From: Octopus bimaculoides | Taxonomy: Eukaryota | Assembly (NCBI RefSeq): GCF_001194135.2 | Contig: NC_068998.1 | Span: forward strand, 20,567,716-20,631,715 | Length of the DNA: 64,000 nucleotides | Direction of reading: 5' to 3' | Shown: piece after piece, positions 12,440-25,716 of the stretch | How positions within the stretch are numbered: position 1 is the first letter of the stretch | Layout of the letters: each line of letters begins with the position of its first letter | Notes under the pieces: model-generated | Told to the model about the DNA's origin: nothing | The model's input: the letters and a program-made list of their open reading frames with translations, nothing else | The model's database searches: none | Made by a program: the position numbers and the translations under genes

Positions 12440-12870
12440 GTGCGGTCAGTCGATTTTCAAGAAATAGCCGCCGAATCTCTCTCAGATTAAACCCCACTGA
12501 CTTAAACAAGGAAGAACACATCAGAAAGTGTAGTCTCGGCTATCCTTAAAAAGACGGAATGGTCACAGCTGGAAGGGCTATAATTAATGGTTTGTTCGAT
12601 AACAATTGACCTGGGCTAAAAAAATGCCAGTGATACAGGGACAGATAGGACCTTCCTGAAGTATCAGGAGGCTGCAGTCGTCTATATTTAGAAGTTACGT
12701 GAGAGTGCCCCTGCACGAGCGTTCGACGTGCTAGAAATAGCAGCCAAATCCCCCTCAAATTATATCCAACTGTCTTGAAGTATCTGAATCAGATACGCAA
12801 TGGTCACGGTTGAAATGTCTTACATCGTAGGTCTGTTCCTTTAGAGCTCACCCGGGGACTAAACAACAAC
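12440..12870 (+). repeat. dispersed repeat family D (core GCTAGAAATAGCAGCCAAATC, CAA tail), two copies in tandem
   Basis: The same core recurs near 510, 1230, 8230, 14335, 28560, 51370, 52700, 55130 and 60840. The GGGGACTAAACAACAAC tail suggests a SINE 3' half. Confidence 0.55.
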
Positions 12871-13545
12871 GTAATTAAAGAATGTAAAATAAAAATGTAT
12901 ACTTTACCATGTAGACAGAAAATTAGCCGCTGCAGACCTCAGAATCTATTTTTCTTACACTAGATAAATAAATTTAACACAAGGATGTAGTTGGGTGATG
13001 TTGAAGTATCCCTTGTTGGGATAAGTTAGGATGAAGAAATGTGTAGGTACGTTTTGTTGTATGGGATTATTGTTGTCCGATGATGATTGTCTTAGTACAA
13101 GGGTGGCAGTTACAGTTCACAAGTATTCCAACGAGAGCATCTCAAATTGTTTCTTAAATCTCTCCCTCCCTCTCTCTCTCTTTTCTCTCACCTTTTATTT
13201 CCGTTTCTTCTCTCACTTCTTTCTTCTTGTTTCACCCTCTTACACTGTCTTCTCGGTTCTCTCTGTCTCTTTTCTTCTCATTATATTCCCGTTATTTCTG
13301 TTTCATTTTTTTCTTGTTTCTCTCTCTTCTCTTATCGTATTTCTTTTTCGATCTTACCTTCTTGTATTACACTCAAAATTAACGGATGTCTTGCCAATAT
13401 TATGGAAGGTATGACTATAATAACGTACCATTTTCCTTTACAAATCAGAGATAATGCCTATTTCCATAATATTTTACATACAACTTGCAAGGTGAGATAC
13501 TACTTTCCTCAGCTGTCGACTAGAGAACAAAGATTTTATACTCAC

Positions 13546-13691
13546 CATATCCTATCCTCAATGATATCAAACACTGATGCAACCAAGGAATGTCCGGGTT
13601 CTTTTGGTCCACTGCAGCACGTTTCTGCCCCCTCTGTTATCCATGCAACCACCACACCAAACTGGGTGCAGCTGAAACTATTCCCAACCAT
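13546..13691 (-). CDS. candidate coding exon of unknown product
   Basis: ATG-initiated 48 codons (MVGNSFSCTQFGVVVAWITEGAETCCSGPKEPGHSLVASVFDIIEDRI) ending at a strong donor ATG|GTGAGT, in non-repetitive sequence. No family recognised. Confidence 0.25.
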
Positions 13692-14186
13692 GCAGCTGAT
13701 CTTGTTTTACTGCTTACTAAAGATTTGTTCTTCACTAACAATTTTGGCCTTTCTCTCTCGCGTTTCTACTATATCCATAATTTTATATATATATGCTTAC
13801 ATTCTGACACATACATTTGTGCAGTTATAGTAGGACAGAATAACAATATTTCCGCCTGTTTATGGAGGGGAAAGTGCCTATTTGTATTCATACATTCAAT
13901 TGTATGTATGAGTTGCCGGTACGTAAACAGAGATACACATGCGTAGAAATTCTATATTGCACACTTGCGCGCACGCACACACACATACACTTGCGCGCGT
14001 GTGCGCGTATTTCAGTCGATAAAATGATCGTCACGAAAACACAAATCGAAAACAGTTGTAAGACTGAGAATAGACAACATAAGACTCGGAACCTATGAAT
14101 ATTTAATGTCATCGAAGTTCAGTAGGTCATAAATAGAGAACTCCTTTCAACTTGTGAAGCAGGCATGAATGGGAATGTATGCGCGG

Positions 14187-14226
<40 letters not shown>

Positions 14227-14914
14227 CAGTTCACCTCATCGTCACACTCGCATATCCACACAAATGCATGCACGCATGCATACATACATAGAGAAAATGC
14301 AAAGCAAAGGAACCATCTTCGCGATCGCTCGATCTGCTAGAAATAGTAGCTAAGTTTCAAACTGTTCACACCGAAAATAGAAAATAAAAAATAGAAAGTA
14401 AAAAAAGACACGTAGGACAATACTGTCATTGACATATGTATATAATCCTTTTACTTTGTTTCTGTCATTAGACTGCGGCCATGCTGGAGTACCGCCTTGA
14501 AGGATTTTAGTCGAACGAATTCATCTCAGGACTTATCTTGTCTTTAAGCCGGGTACTTACAAAGTACAGCAGGAAACATTAATAGTCGAACGTCAGTGAT
14601 AAAGGTCACAATTATTTTTCAGGATGATTTCTTGTTTCTTTCAACAAAGAAAAAAGAAAAAAAAGAGAAAAGCAAAAAATCAGATTGTGTGTTTGAAAGG
14701 TCATTTAGCAGATTGCTCTTAAAAAACGCTGCTGTTTCACTAAGGTCAGCGCAGATTTTGTCTAAAACGTCATCAGCACAGTAATTATTCTATCTTGTTT
14801 CCAGCAGAGGCGAAACGTATGCGAAAAGAGTGAAACATTTATGTTATAGAGTAATTAACCTAAGTAGAACAAAAACGAACTAACAGAAATAACTCTGTGA
14901 CCAGTAGTGTAGAT

Positions 14915-15250
14915 TTCACATGATTCCGAAGCTCAATCCTACAGCGTGACACCTTAGGCAGGAGTCTTCTACTAGAGCCTTGTGAGCGAATTTGGTAGGT
15001 GGAAACTGAATGATGCCCGTCGTGCGTGTGCGTGTTCTTGTGTTTGTCTCCCACTGCCACTTGAAAACCGGTGTTGCTTTGTTTACATCCCTGTAGTATA
15101 GCAGCAGTTCGGCAAAAAATACCGAGAGAATACGTACCAGACTTTAAAAAATAAGTACTGGTACTCATTTGTTCGACTAAACTCTTCAAGACAGTGCTAC
15201 AGCATGGCCGAAGTCCATGAGTGAAACGAAAACAAAAATAAAAAGATAAA
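14915..15250 (+). mobile_element. SINE family A, decayed
   Basis: Similar to 56-438 (GAATTTGGTAGGTGGAAACTG...CAGCATGGCCGAAGTC). Confidence 0.65.
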
Positions 15251-16483
15251 TAACAGCGAATAAAGATATATTAAGTACCACACAAAATAAACTCTCCATT
15301 CATTGCATATACACTCACATACGTACACGTGTATGTATATAGATACCAGGACGTGCCGCTTTGGTAAGCAAGGTAGGCAGTGCAGGGCATCATATAGAAA
15401 ACATCATATAGAAAAATCCCCCNNNNNNNNNNNNNNNNNNNNNNNNNNNNNNNNNNNNNNNNNNNNNNNNNNNNNNNNNNNNNNNNNNNNNNNNNNNNNN
15501 NNNNNNNNNNNNNNNNNNNNNNNNNNNNNNNNNNNNNNNNNNNNNNNNNNNNNNNNNNNNNNNNNNNNNNNNNNNNNNNNNNNNNNNNNNNNNNNNNNNN
15601 NNNNNNNNNNNNNNNNNNNNNNNNNNNNNNNNNNNNNNNNNNNNNNNNNNNNNNNNNNNNNNNNNNNNNNNNNNNNNNNNNNNNNNNNNNNNNNNNNNNN
15701 NNNNNNNNNNNNNNNNNNNNNNNNNNNNNNNNNNNNNNNNNNNNNNNNNNNNNNNNNNNNNNNNNNNNNNNNNNNNNNNNNNNNNNNNNNNNNNNNNNNN
15801 NNNNNNNNNNNNNNNNNNNNNNNNNNNNNNNNNNNNNNNNNNNNNNNNNNNNNNNNNNNNNNNNNNNNNNNNNNNNNNNNNNNNNNNNNNNNNNNNNNNN
15901 NNNNNNNNNNNNNNNNNNNNNNNNNNNNNNNNNNNNNNNNNNNNNNNNNNNNNNNNNNNNNNNNNNNNNNNNNNNNNNNNNNNNNNNNNNNNNNNNNNNN
16001 NNNNNNNNNNNNNNNNNNNNNNNNNNNNNNNNNNNNNNNNNNNNNNNNNNNNNNNNNNNNNNNNNNNNNNNNNNNNNNNNNNNNNNNNNNNNNNNNNNNN
16101 NNNNNNNNNNNNNNNNNNNNNNNNNNNNNNNNNNNNNNNNNNNNNNNNNNNNNNNNNNNNNNNNNNNNNNNNNNNNNNNNNNNNNNNNNNNNNNNNNNNN
16201 NNNNNNNNNNNNNNNNNNNNNNNNNNNNNNNNNNNNNNNNNNNNNNNNNNNNNNNNNNNNNNNNNNNNNNNNNNNNNNNNNNNNNNNNNNNNNNNNNNNN
16301 NNNNNNNNNNNNNNNNNNNNNNNNNNNNNNNNNNNNNNNNNNNNNNNNNNNNNNNNNTTATTGAATAACATTATAGAAAAGAAGGTTTATTTTAATTCTC
16401 ATAGCATTTTTTGATAAATAAAGTTATGTTATTATATATGTTTTTTTTTATAAACATAAATCTGTCCTCAAATATCTTACGCA

Positions 16484-16532
<49 letters not shown>

Positions 16533-17114
16533 TGTTTCAAAGTAGGGGTTTAGACTCACATTGCACTTCGTACTGTGTTTCATAAACGATAAAGTTTTTT
16601 TCTCTCTTTTAACCATGGTATTTTCCATCTCATCTCAGAAACTCCCTGTGCACCTAGGGACCAAACAAGGCACATCTGTGCAGCATAGCAGTGGGAAAAT
16701 ATCTGTCCTACGATAAAAGTTTGGTACTAGATTTTGATTACTGGTTAGGACCACTTCACTGAAAGCCTACCATTGATGCACTTCAGAAAACTATAACATC
16801 ACAACTTAACATTTAGCTTCCAACACCCACTCGCCTGTAAATATACTTGAGACTTGACGCTTATAGAATAAATCAATAATTTAAGAGACTTCGAATAAAG
16901 CCAATGCTTCATAGCTTAAAGATTTTCTGTGGCATTAAATGATTTTATTTTGCACTGGATGGTAAGGATAGAAAACAGAATGGAATAAAATTAAAATACT
17001 GCAAAACCACCGCAGCAATCGATATTTTTATCACATGGCATCAAGAGCATTTGCAATGGAATAATATATTTTAGCATGAAAAATAAGAGACTGTAGATAA
17101 ACAGAGTCAAGAAA

Positions 17115-17418
17115 GAAGCGTGGTTGTGTGTTAAAATGCTTGTTTCCCAACGACATAGTTCCGTGTTCAGTCCCAATGCATAGCGCCTTGGGAAAACGAC
17201 GTTTACTTAGCTTCAGGCCGACCATAATTTTGTTTAGTGGATTTGGTAGACAGAAACTAATAGGAACCAGTCGCATCTCTCTCTATAAATATCTGTGTGT
17301 ATCTTTGCGTCTGTTTGTCCCCACCACCGCTTGACAACCGATGTTGGTGTGTTTATGTCCCCATAACTATGCAGTTTGGCAAATGACATCGATAGAATAA
17401 GTGATAGGCTGAACAAAA
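17115..17418 (+). mobile_element. SINE family A
   Basis: Similar to 56-438 (GTTCAGTCCC...GGATTTGGTAGACAGAAAC...GCTTGACAACCGATGTTGGTG). Confidence 0.7.
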
Positions 17419-18175
17419 AAAAGGATCATTTCTGTTTGGCTGCCAAGGTCAATTTCAGTTCGAATTGATTTCATATTCAGTGCAATAATACACTTTTATA
17501 AGCTAATCAATGCCATGATAATCATTTTCGTCATAAATCAATAAATAAAGAGTTATTAGGTATTAAAGTTTGAAAATTTGGGGTAATTTCAGCCAATCGT
17601 AAGCCACTGATACATTCATGCCTGTTTCCAGAGTAACAAGCCGAACATAAGAACACTTTTGTCTGCGAGAAAGCACGTGTTAACGAGTATATTGAAACCA
17701 CTTGTTGACGCTGTGTTCCACTGTTTTACCCACCTGGAAATTTTACCGACACTGCGAATAGAGGAGGATGCTGTGTCATACCTACAAGTGCAGGAGATAT
17801 GGAAATTGTGATTTGTTCGAGAAATTGCTCGAATACATTTCTTTTTAGAAATATTTCATTTGTAATGTGATATTGTTATAAGATAAATCTTTTAAGTTGG
17901 TGCTATAAGTCTCCCATTTTGAGAAACATTTAATTTGTAATGTGCTGTTTATCGCATTAAATGCATATTGAATGCTTGAAACTACAAAAGACGTGTTGTT
18001 TACTGTTTTTTTTTTTTTTTTTTTTTTTTTTTTGTCATTGAGGTGGCTGTGAGGTGTGCTAAAAATAACAGCTAAATAACGTTTTTGGATAAATCTTAAG
18101 TTCGTGCTATCGCATTAAATGCATATTGAATGCTTCAAACTAGGAAAGACGTGTTGTTTACTCGTTTTCCAACAC

Positions 18176-18975
18176 GTGCATATACCTCCACACACACAAC
18201 ACACACATACATGCATACACACACGCACACACATGAACGCACATACACCTCCACACATACACAACACATACACACACGCACACATACTCGCAAACACACA
18301 CATGAACGCAAATATACCTCCACGCACACAACACACATACATGCACACACATGCATACACACACGCACACACATGAACGCATAAATACCTCCACACACAA
18401 CAAATACATGCCCAAACATGCATACACACACATGAACGCATATATACCTCCACACACACACATACAGATATACACGCAAACACACACATGAATGCATATA
18501 TACCTCCACATAACACACAACATACAACACACATGCATACACACAGACACGTACATATGCACGCACGCACAAACACACACACACGCACAGACACATGCAC
18601 GCACACACACACACACACGCACATACACACGCATGCACACACACAAAACACACATAAATACACACACGCACACACACATATACACACGCACATATACCTT
18701 CACACACACAAACACATATATGCACACACATACATACACAGACGTACATACACACACACATACACGCACGCACACACACACACACAGAAGAACGCATAAA
18801 TACCTCCACACACAACCCCAGGCACGTACACACACACATACACACACGCATATACACACACGTCGGCACCCAAATACCTGAACACACATATACCTCCATA
18901 CACACAGCATACACATACACGCATACATACACTTCCACACTCATTCACACGCTCTACATACACACATCCCCACAC
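18176..18975. repeat. compound CA-rich minisatellite with recurring anchor ATGAACGCA..ATACCTCCAC
   Basis: Anchor repeated roughly every 60-70 bp among degenerate (CA)n. Confidence 0.8.
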
Positions 18976-19021
18976 GTACACACGAACACACCCATACATA
19001 CATATACAGAGAGAGAGAAAG

Positions 19022-19064
<43 letters not shown>

Positions 19065-20400
19065 CAGAGCAACACAGATAGAATGGGACTCTCCGACTTC
19101 TTCCGACCATCCCATCAACGCACATGTGCAAAAACACACAACCACCCATACATACACCTGTCGCTATAGCTGCTGACCTCTCACTAGGACATTAACAGAC
19201 ACACATTGATCACTCACATCAACATTACATGTTAATACCACATACCACACACAGACACGCACAGAGGTACCCCTATACGCGCACACACGCACCCAATAAC
19301 TGCCACGCGCACACGTTACCATACGCACGCACACACACACACTACCATACATACACAGACACATGCATACACCCACACAGATACCAAACATTCTTCACAC
19401 TCTCCCAGAAAGTATTTTCTCTTTGTCCATCTACTTCCAGGTATTTCAAAAATGTAACTACATGTGAACTGTTGGCGATTCCTCCCCCCTCCTTCCTCCT
19501 TTTCTTTTGGGCTTTACTATGTCTCCTGTTTCCGAAGAAGAGCTTTGCTCAAAATGTAAAACAACCATTCTTTCTTTCCTTATCTGAGCGTTTGCATGTA
19601 CAACGTCCTCGTGTTGTTATTTTTTCTCCATTTCATTATANNNNNNNNNNNNNNNNNNNNNNNNNNNNNNNNNNNNNNNNNNNNNNNNNNNNNNNNNNNN
19701 NNNNNNNNNNNNNNNNNNNNNNNNNNNNNNNNNNNNNNNNNNNNNNNNNNNNNNNNNNNNNNNNNNNNNNNNNNNNNNNNNNNNNNNNNNNNNNNNNNNN
19801 NNNNNNNNNNNNNNNNNNNNNNNNNNNNNNNNNNNNNNNNNNNNNNNNNNNNNNNNNNNNNNNNNNNNNNNNNNNNNNNNNNNNNNNNNNNNNNNNNNNN
19901 NNNNNNNNNNNNNNNNNNNNNNNNNNNNNNNNNNNNNNNNNNNNNNNNNNNNNNNNNNNNNNNNNNNNNNNNNNNNNNNNNNNNNNNNNNNNNNNNNNNN
20001 NNNNNNNNNNNNNNNNNNNNNNNNNNNNNNNNNNNNNNNNNNNNNNNNNNNNNNNNNNNNNNNNNNNNNNNNNNNNNNNNNNNNNNNNNNNNNNNNNNNN
20101 NNNNNNNNNNNNNNNNNNNNNNNNNNNNNNNNNNNNNNNNNNNNNNNNNNNNNNNNNNNNNNNNNNNNNNNNNNNNNNNNNNNNNNNNNNNNNNNNNNNN
20201 NNNNNNNNNNNNNNNNNNATATATATATGTATAAATAATACAGAATGGGACAAGGACGCAGAACATTCAGACAGTTAGGTGATACTAGAAAGGGACAAAA
20301 CATCCAGATAGACGATACAAAGAAAACACGGACAGGTCATTCGGAGTTTTCTTTCTTCAGTCGAGATCCAGATTCTCCTTGCAATTTCGGCTGATTTATA

Positions 20401-21460
20401 CGAGGGTACCCAAAAGAAACCGGAATTGTGCGATATTATTTTATTCACTTAACTTTACATGATTGCACTTTTATCTCCTTCAAAGTATTCTCCATTTGAA
20501 GCAATGCATCAGTCCAGACGCGTTTTCCACTGTTCGAAGCGGTCCTAGAAATCTTGCGAAGTGATTCCTTTCAACGCTCCTCGTCGTATTTTTTCTTCAC
20601 CTCTTCCACATCTGCAAAAAGTTTTCCTTTGAAGACTTTTTTTCATTCGTGGGGAACAAAAGAAAAGTTTTAGGGAGCAAGATCGGGTGAATAGGGAGGG
20701 AGGGTGTGTAAACGGAGTAATGCCATTTTTGGTCAAAAACTGTCTCACACTGAAGGCGATGTGCGCAGGCGCATTGTCGTGATGAAACCACTATTTCACA
20801 CTTAGACACTGGTCGGGGCGTTTCGTCTTACCGTGTCTCGCAAACGCTTCAGAGCTGCCAAATAAAATGTCTGATTAACAGTTTAACTAGGAAGAACAAC
20901 TACTGTGTGGACAATTCCTTTTGCATCGATGAAACAAATCAGCGTCGTCTTTACATTGGACTTCACTTAACGCGCTTTTTAGGGTGCGAGTGACATTGAA
21001 TACTCCCGTTAACTTGGTTGCTGCTTTGTTTCCGGGTCGTAGTCATAGCACCAGCTTTCTTCACCAGCGATTACTTTCGAAAAAAAGGTCCGGATCAAAT
21101 TCCAACTGTTCGGTCATTTCACGACATACATTCAGTCATGACTGTTTTTGATCTTCCGTGAGCAAGTGAAACACAAATTTTGCTGCAATTCTTTTCATTC
21201 GTAATTCTTCACTCAAAATTCGTTGGGAGGAGCTCCAGGACACACCAGTAATATCAACAAGTTCGTCAATTGTTCGGCAACGGTCTTCCAAGATCAGTTA
21301 ATGCATTTTCGTGATGTTTTTATTCGTTCGGGTGGTCGACAGTTGCCCTGAACGAGATTGGTCTTCAAGCGACAGATGAGCATTCCTAAAACATGAAAAC
21401 CACTGGTAAACTTGTATTTTGCTCATGGCAACGTCCTTGTAAGCTGTTTGAAGAATGACA
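20401..21460 (-). mobile_element. decayed mariner transposon (3' part; 5' end lost in the gap)
   Basis: Motifs VIAGEESW, WFHHDNAPAH, HPP.YSPDLAP, CIASNGEYFEGDK with stops and frameshifts; TIR end TA|CGAGGGT at 20399. Confidence 0.85.
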
Positions 21461-21759
21461 NNNNNNNNNNNNNNNNNNNNNNNNNNNNNNNNNNNNNNNN
21501 NNNNNNNNNNNNNNNNNNNNNNNNNNNNNNNNNNNNNNNNNNNNNNNNNNNNNNNNNNNNNNNNNNNNNNNNNNNNNNNNNNNNNNNNNNNNNNNNNNNN
21601 NNNNNNNNNNNNNNNNNNNNNNNNNNNNNNNNNNNNNNNNNNNNNNNNNNNNNNNNNNNNNNNNNNNNNNNNNNNNNNNNNNNNNNNNNNNNNNNNNNNN
21701 NNNNNNNNNNNNNNNNNNNNNNNNNNNNNNNNNNNNNNNNNNNNNNNNNNNNNNNNNNN

Positions 21760-21798
<39 letters not shown>

Positions 21799-22739
21799 AA
21801 GAGAGAGAGAGAGTGTGTGTATGTATGCATGTGTGTGTCTGTAACAGGTTATATCAGTTACATTGTTGCAACTCTGTGAGAAAGTGTAAAACGCACCATA
21901 ATCAACATGGAGAAGAAAGATATTGATTACAGTTTTTATTTTCTTCTAAATTTCACGTATGGTCGATACACAAAACTATATGTAATAATCGGCTTTTGTT
22001 CTTTTTTTTTTTTGCAGTGTCTGTAAGGAAGGGCTGCTTGCTAAAAATAGTGTGTCGAAGCGAAAACGACTGACCTCTAATGTTCTATGAAGGTTCATAT
22101 TTATATCTATTGAAAAGCTGAGTGTATGTTGGAGAACAATGGAACGTAAATTATCTCATCAATGTTAACCTGATTTTGATCTAAGGACGTTAATTCAAAC
22201 ACTAGAACCAAGTGACCATATAAATTTCCTGGTACTAATGGTGAAAACACTGGAAGGAATCTCGTAGAAAAATCTAGGCTAAAGTTTCGATTCCTGGCAA
22301 AGAATCCAAGAAATGATTTCTTACATTACTCCCCACGCCTAGAGAGTTTTTAAAACAAATGGTATAGGAAAAATGGGTGTAGAAAAAGAGCAATGAGTGC
22401 ATGTTTATATATATACAGAAAGTGCGCGAGCTTGGAGTGCATGTATATGCACATAGGACAAAATAAATAATTCAGGACAGTCAGAAAAAAAAAGGACTAA
22501 AACACAGAAAATTCATATACATATATATACGTACAGGACTTTGAACATGCAAGCAACAATCAGTTATAGAGAAGCAAAGTTGATAACAAAAGTAGGACTT
22601 TTGTAAATTTCGTAACACAAGTAAAAACTTTATAAAATAGACTGAAAACAAATAAGTGTTCTCCCAATTTCAACAGGTAAGTGATTAAAAGGTGTGTAAT
22701 GTTGTATGCAAATGGCTCACCTGGAAAAGTAGTGTTCAA

Positions 22740-23890
22740 TTAAGGACTTGAACATATCTGGCAGGTCAGCGGACCTTCGTCCCCATTTGGTACGGATTGA
22801 CTGGGGAGAAGTTGAAGCGATCGCAGAAGAAAATGACGATGTTGTATCCGTTTGGGGGAAAAGTGGATGATGATGCTTATTCGGATTCGACAATGGCTTC
22901 CATGATGATGACATTTCGTTTTCCATTTATGTTGATGATGGAATACTTTGCTTTTCCGTCGAGAACTCAGTGTGTCCATTAATTAATGTCCGATGGGACA
23001 TGCGTAGCGATATTCTGTGGCCAAGGGCTAATTGCTAAGAAATGGGATATGTGTGCTCGGAAACGATGAACACACGTTGCTGGGTCTAAAAAGTCCTGTG
23101 GAGAAACAGGAACTACCATTTGACAAGGTAAGGCCAATGTGGTGCCGCATACTAACTCTGCCGGTGAGTATCCGATTTTTAAAAAAACTGCGGCGCGAAT
23201 ATCGAAAAGAATTGCCTGTGAAAACGTTCGACGTACCATTTGCCGAGGGATGGTAGGCTGTTGTGCGGCAGTGCTTACATCCAAGAAGATATGTGGGCTC
23301 ACTGGAGAGGTGAGAGTCGAACTGACGTCCTCTGTCAGACGTGATCGTTGTGGATGCACCTAAATGCGATATCCAGTGAAAAACTAGTCTTAGTGACGGT
23401 TTCTGTTGAAATATCTGATAGAGGGAAAACTTCAGGCCATTGGGAAAATCGGCCGATGTAGGTTAGTAGGTGCGTACAATTCTGGGAAAGAAGCAGAGAT
23501 CCAACAATGTCGACGAGTACGCATCAGGTATCGCAAATGTACCGAGTGGGGACTTAATACGGCGGTGGATTTTTGCCTTTTGACATGCGACGCAACTCCT
23601 GGCCCAAGTACGGATGTCCCTGTTGAGGACCTACCACTGGTTAGAGCATCTCTAACCTTCTTGGTCTTATTCTCAATAGGAACATCAATAAGTGGTATGT
23701 TAATTCCCGCTTGTGGTGAGCGAACATTGCTGTCTCATTGACAGTGACGAAATGGTTATAGATTCTGTAGAAATGCTCGGCCAAATTTACAAGGATCATC
23801 TCTTTGCCTTTTAACCGTTGATCCGTCTGTACTCAGTGGTGAGATAAGCCGGAGATCTGAAGCTCTCAAAGCTTTATAACGGAGATGAGA
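22740..23890 (-). mobile_element. decayed Gypsy/Ty3 pol fragment (RNase H end, integrase zinc finger, core and C-terminus)
   Basis: WARSCVACQKAKIHRRIKSPLGTF, VDIVG..THLLTYIGRFSQWPEVFPLSDISTETV, TITSDRG, GYSPAELVCGTTL.LP, KYSIININGKRNVI. Confidence 0.85.
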
Positions 23891-23931
23891 AATGAGGATA
23901 ATGCTGGAATGAAATATATACATCTTGAGAT

Positions 23932-24031
23932 TGTAGCGGCGCGTGTGGCCGCCATCTTGGGAAGTGCCATTGCACATGTGCAAGGACTTGCCGTCAGCGG
24001 AAGTACCCGAGCACGCATGCGCAATGCAACA
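23932..24031 (-). promoter_or_regulatory. CpG-rich cluster of NRF1, ETS and YY1 motifs (promoter-like)
   Basis: GCACGCATGCGCA at 24011-24023, CGGAAGT at 23998-24004, GGCCGCCATCTT at 23947-23958. Confidence 0.4.
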
Positions 24032-24420
24032 GGTGGAGAGAAAGAAATAGCGTTCAATCTCTTATTCCATCCAGCAACTGTGGCGACAGGACGTTCTTTC
24101 AGGCTGTCACAACTCGACCCCGACATGTGGTCGAAGCTTCCGTTGGTATTCTAGCGGCATGCCTGTTCACCCAGGAACGAAACGGCTCTACACCAACCTA
24201 GAATAAATTATTCATCTGTTGTTACCGTTATCCTTCGTGTTGTTGTATTTCTGAATTTTAATGATTAATATAAGAACTGGGGAGAGACGGCCGAGCCGTC
24301 ATATCTCATCCAATTCTTATAAGATTGAAACTGAACTGGTAAGCGATATTTTATTCTCCATTATAAAATACAATGGTTGCCATACATGAATGAACATAAC
24401 ATAACAGGTTACTACAAAGA

Positions 24421-24873
24421 TGTGTTAGAGAACTTCGTGATTAGGCTGGACTGTTGATGTTGTAGACATAGTTGACGTACTGCTTGGTGGTGTGTAGAGG
24501 CAGCTGTTGGTCTGTTGGTTGTGTGATGTTCATACAGCAATGATGTAGACAGGCGTCTGATGGAGATGAAAACGGAGACAGGCTGCTGTTAGATACATCG
24601 TTGCTGGAGACGAATTGCGTGTGTGGTCAGTGGCGACTGCCAAAGACCTAGAACAGTCGAGAACTGCCGTACTTATTGGGAATAGTGGGCTCTCAGAAGC
24701 TGGTGATTAATTTCCCGCGTAAGGAAAAATAAACTGTTGCACCAACACGATTGGACAGATGGAACCAACCAATACAAACAACAGGTTCGTTTAATTACGT
24801 GGTCATGTGACCGCTGGAACGAAAAGGCCTTGTGGAGCCGATATTGATGAGTCAAAATGAAAACATCTCACAC
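24421..24873. mobile_element. possible solo LTR
   Basis: TGTGTTAGAG...ATCTCACACA termini and an internal AATAAA; no TSD or PBS found. Confidence 0.25.
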
Positions 24874-25716
24874 AATGACAGTGTAAATCACTTCTGTTAT
24901 AGCTTCATAGAAGTATCTTGTACTGTTACTGCTTGTACAGGACTGAACTTCATCCAAGCATTCCTGTTTACTACAATAAAAGCACACTTCTTAATTTGAA
25001 ATGAGCAGTTTCATTGTGACTTCTGAAAAGATGGTTCTTCTAGTCCAGGAGAGCCTGTATATTTTTGTTATTCTCATCTAATGAATCCATAGTGATATTG
25101 AGTAAAAAAAAAGTCTCTGAAAACTGCCCAATCTTCTTTCATACCAGCAGAGGATAAGTGTGGGCTGTTGAATTTGTTCTCCAACACCTCACAGAAATTT
25201 TCTTTGAAGGACACCGAAAGCCCATTTGAAGACATTCTGCCTTCCCCTTACCTTCCCTCCCTTAAGACTGTCATATGACCTGAATGTAAACATTGAATGA
25301 ACATATGATGAGTCTATGGTCAATCCTGCAGTCTCTGCCTGCATGGCTCTAGTCACCCTTACATCCTACCAGTTGCTTTTCCTTATGGTGGCGCACTTGA
25401 TAATAATATGCCGGTGCCCAGAGCAAGCATGGTGTTCTTTTATGGTGAGGAAGGCATGAAATAGTATTTGAGATGAACAGATTACATTCTGCACATGTTT
25501 TCAGCAGTTGAAGACCATTTCTTTTGCACTTTACAACTTCATTCCTTCCGATGATTATCTCCCAGTTCTCACAGTCAGAATTGACAGTGAGAACTGATGT
25601 TAGTGTTGAAATAACCAATAATAAATATTTTTCTATATTTAAGAGATGAGAAATTATATACATTATTTACATTATTTACATTTGGCGGATATTTGTCCTC
25701 ATCTTGTTTGTTGTTA

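Noticed and set aside
13147-13830. 227-aa plus-strand ORF
   Set aside because: The first third is CT-rich low-complexity sequence, there is no domain signature, and the better splice signals are on the opposite strand.
14805-14816. Possible 12-nt plus-strand microexon (TTGTTTCCAG|CAGAGGCGAAAC|GTATGC)
   Set aside because: No supported plus-strand gene in the window to host it; such matches arise by chance.
18115-19149. His/Thr- and Cys/Val-rich ORFs of 100-270 aa
   Set aside because: Translations of (CA)n/(TG)n repeats, not metal-binding proteins.
22717-22979. RING-like LTCQICSSP and neuropeptide-like KWGRR in short ORFs
   Set aside because: The segment is the Gypsy integrase C-terminus (KYSIININGKRNVI); the RING-like frame stops immediately and there is no signal peptide.
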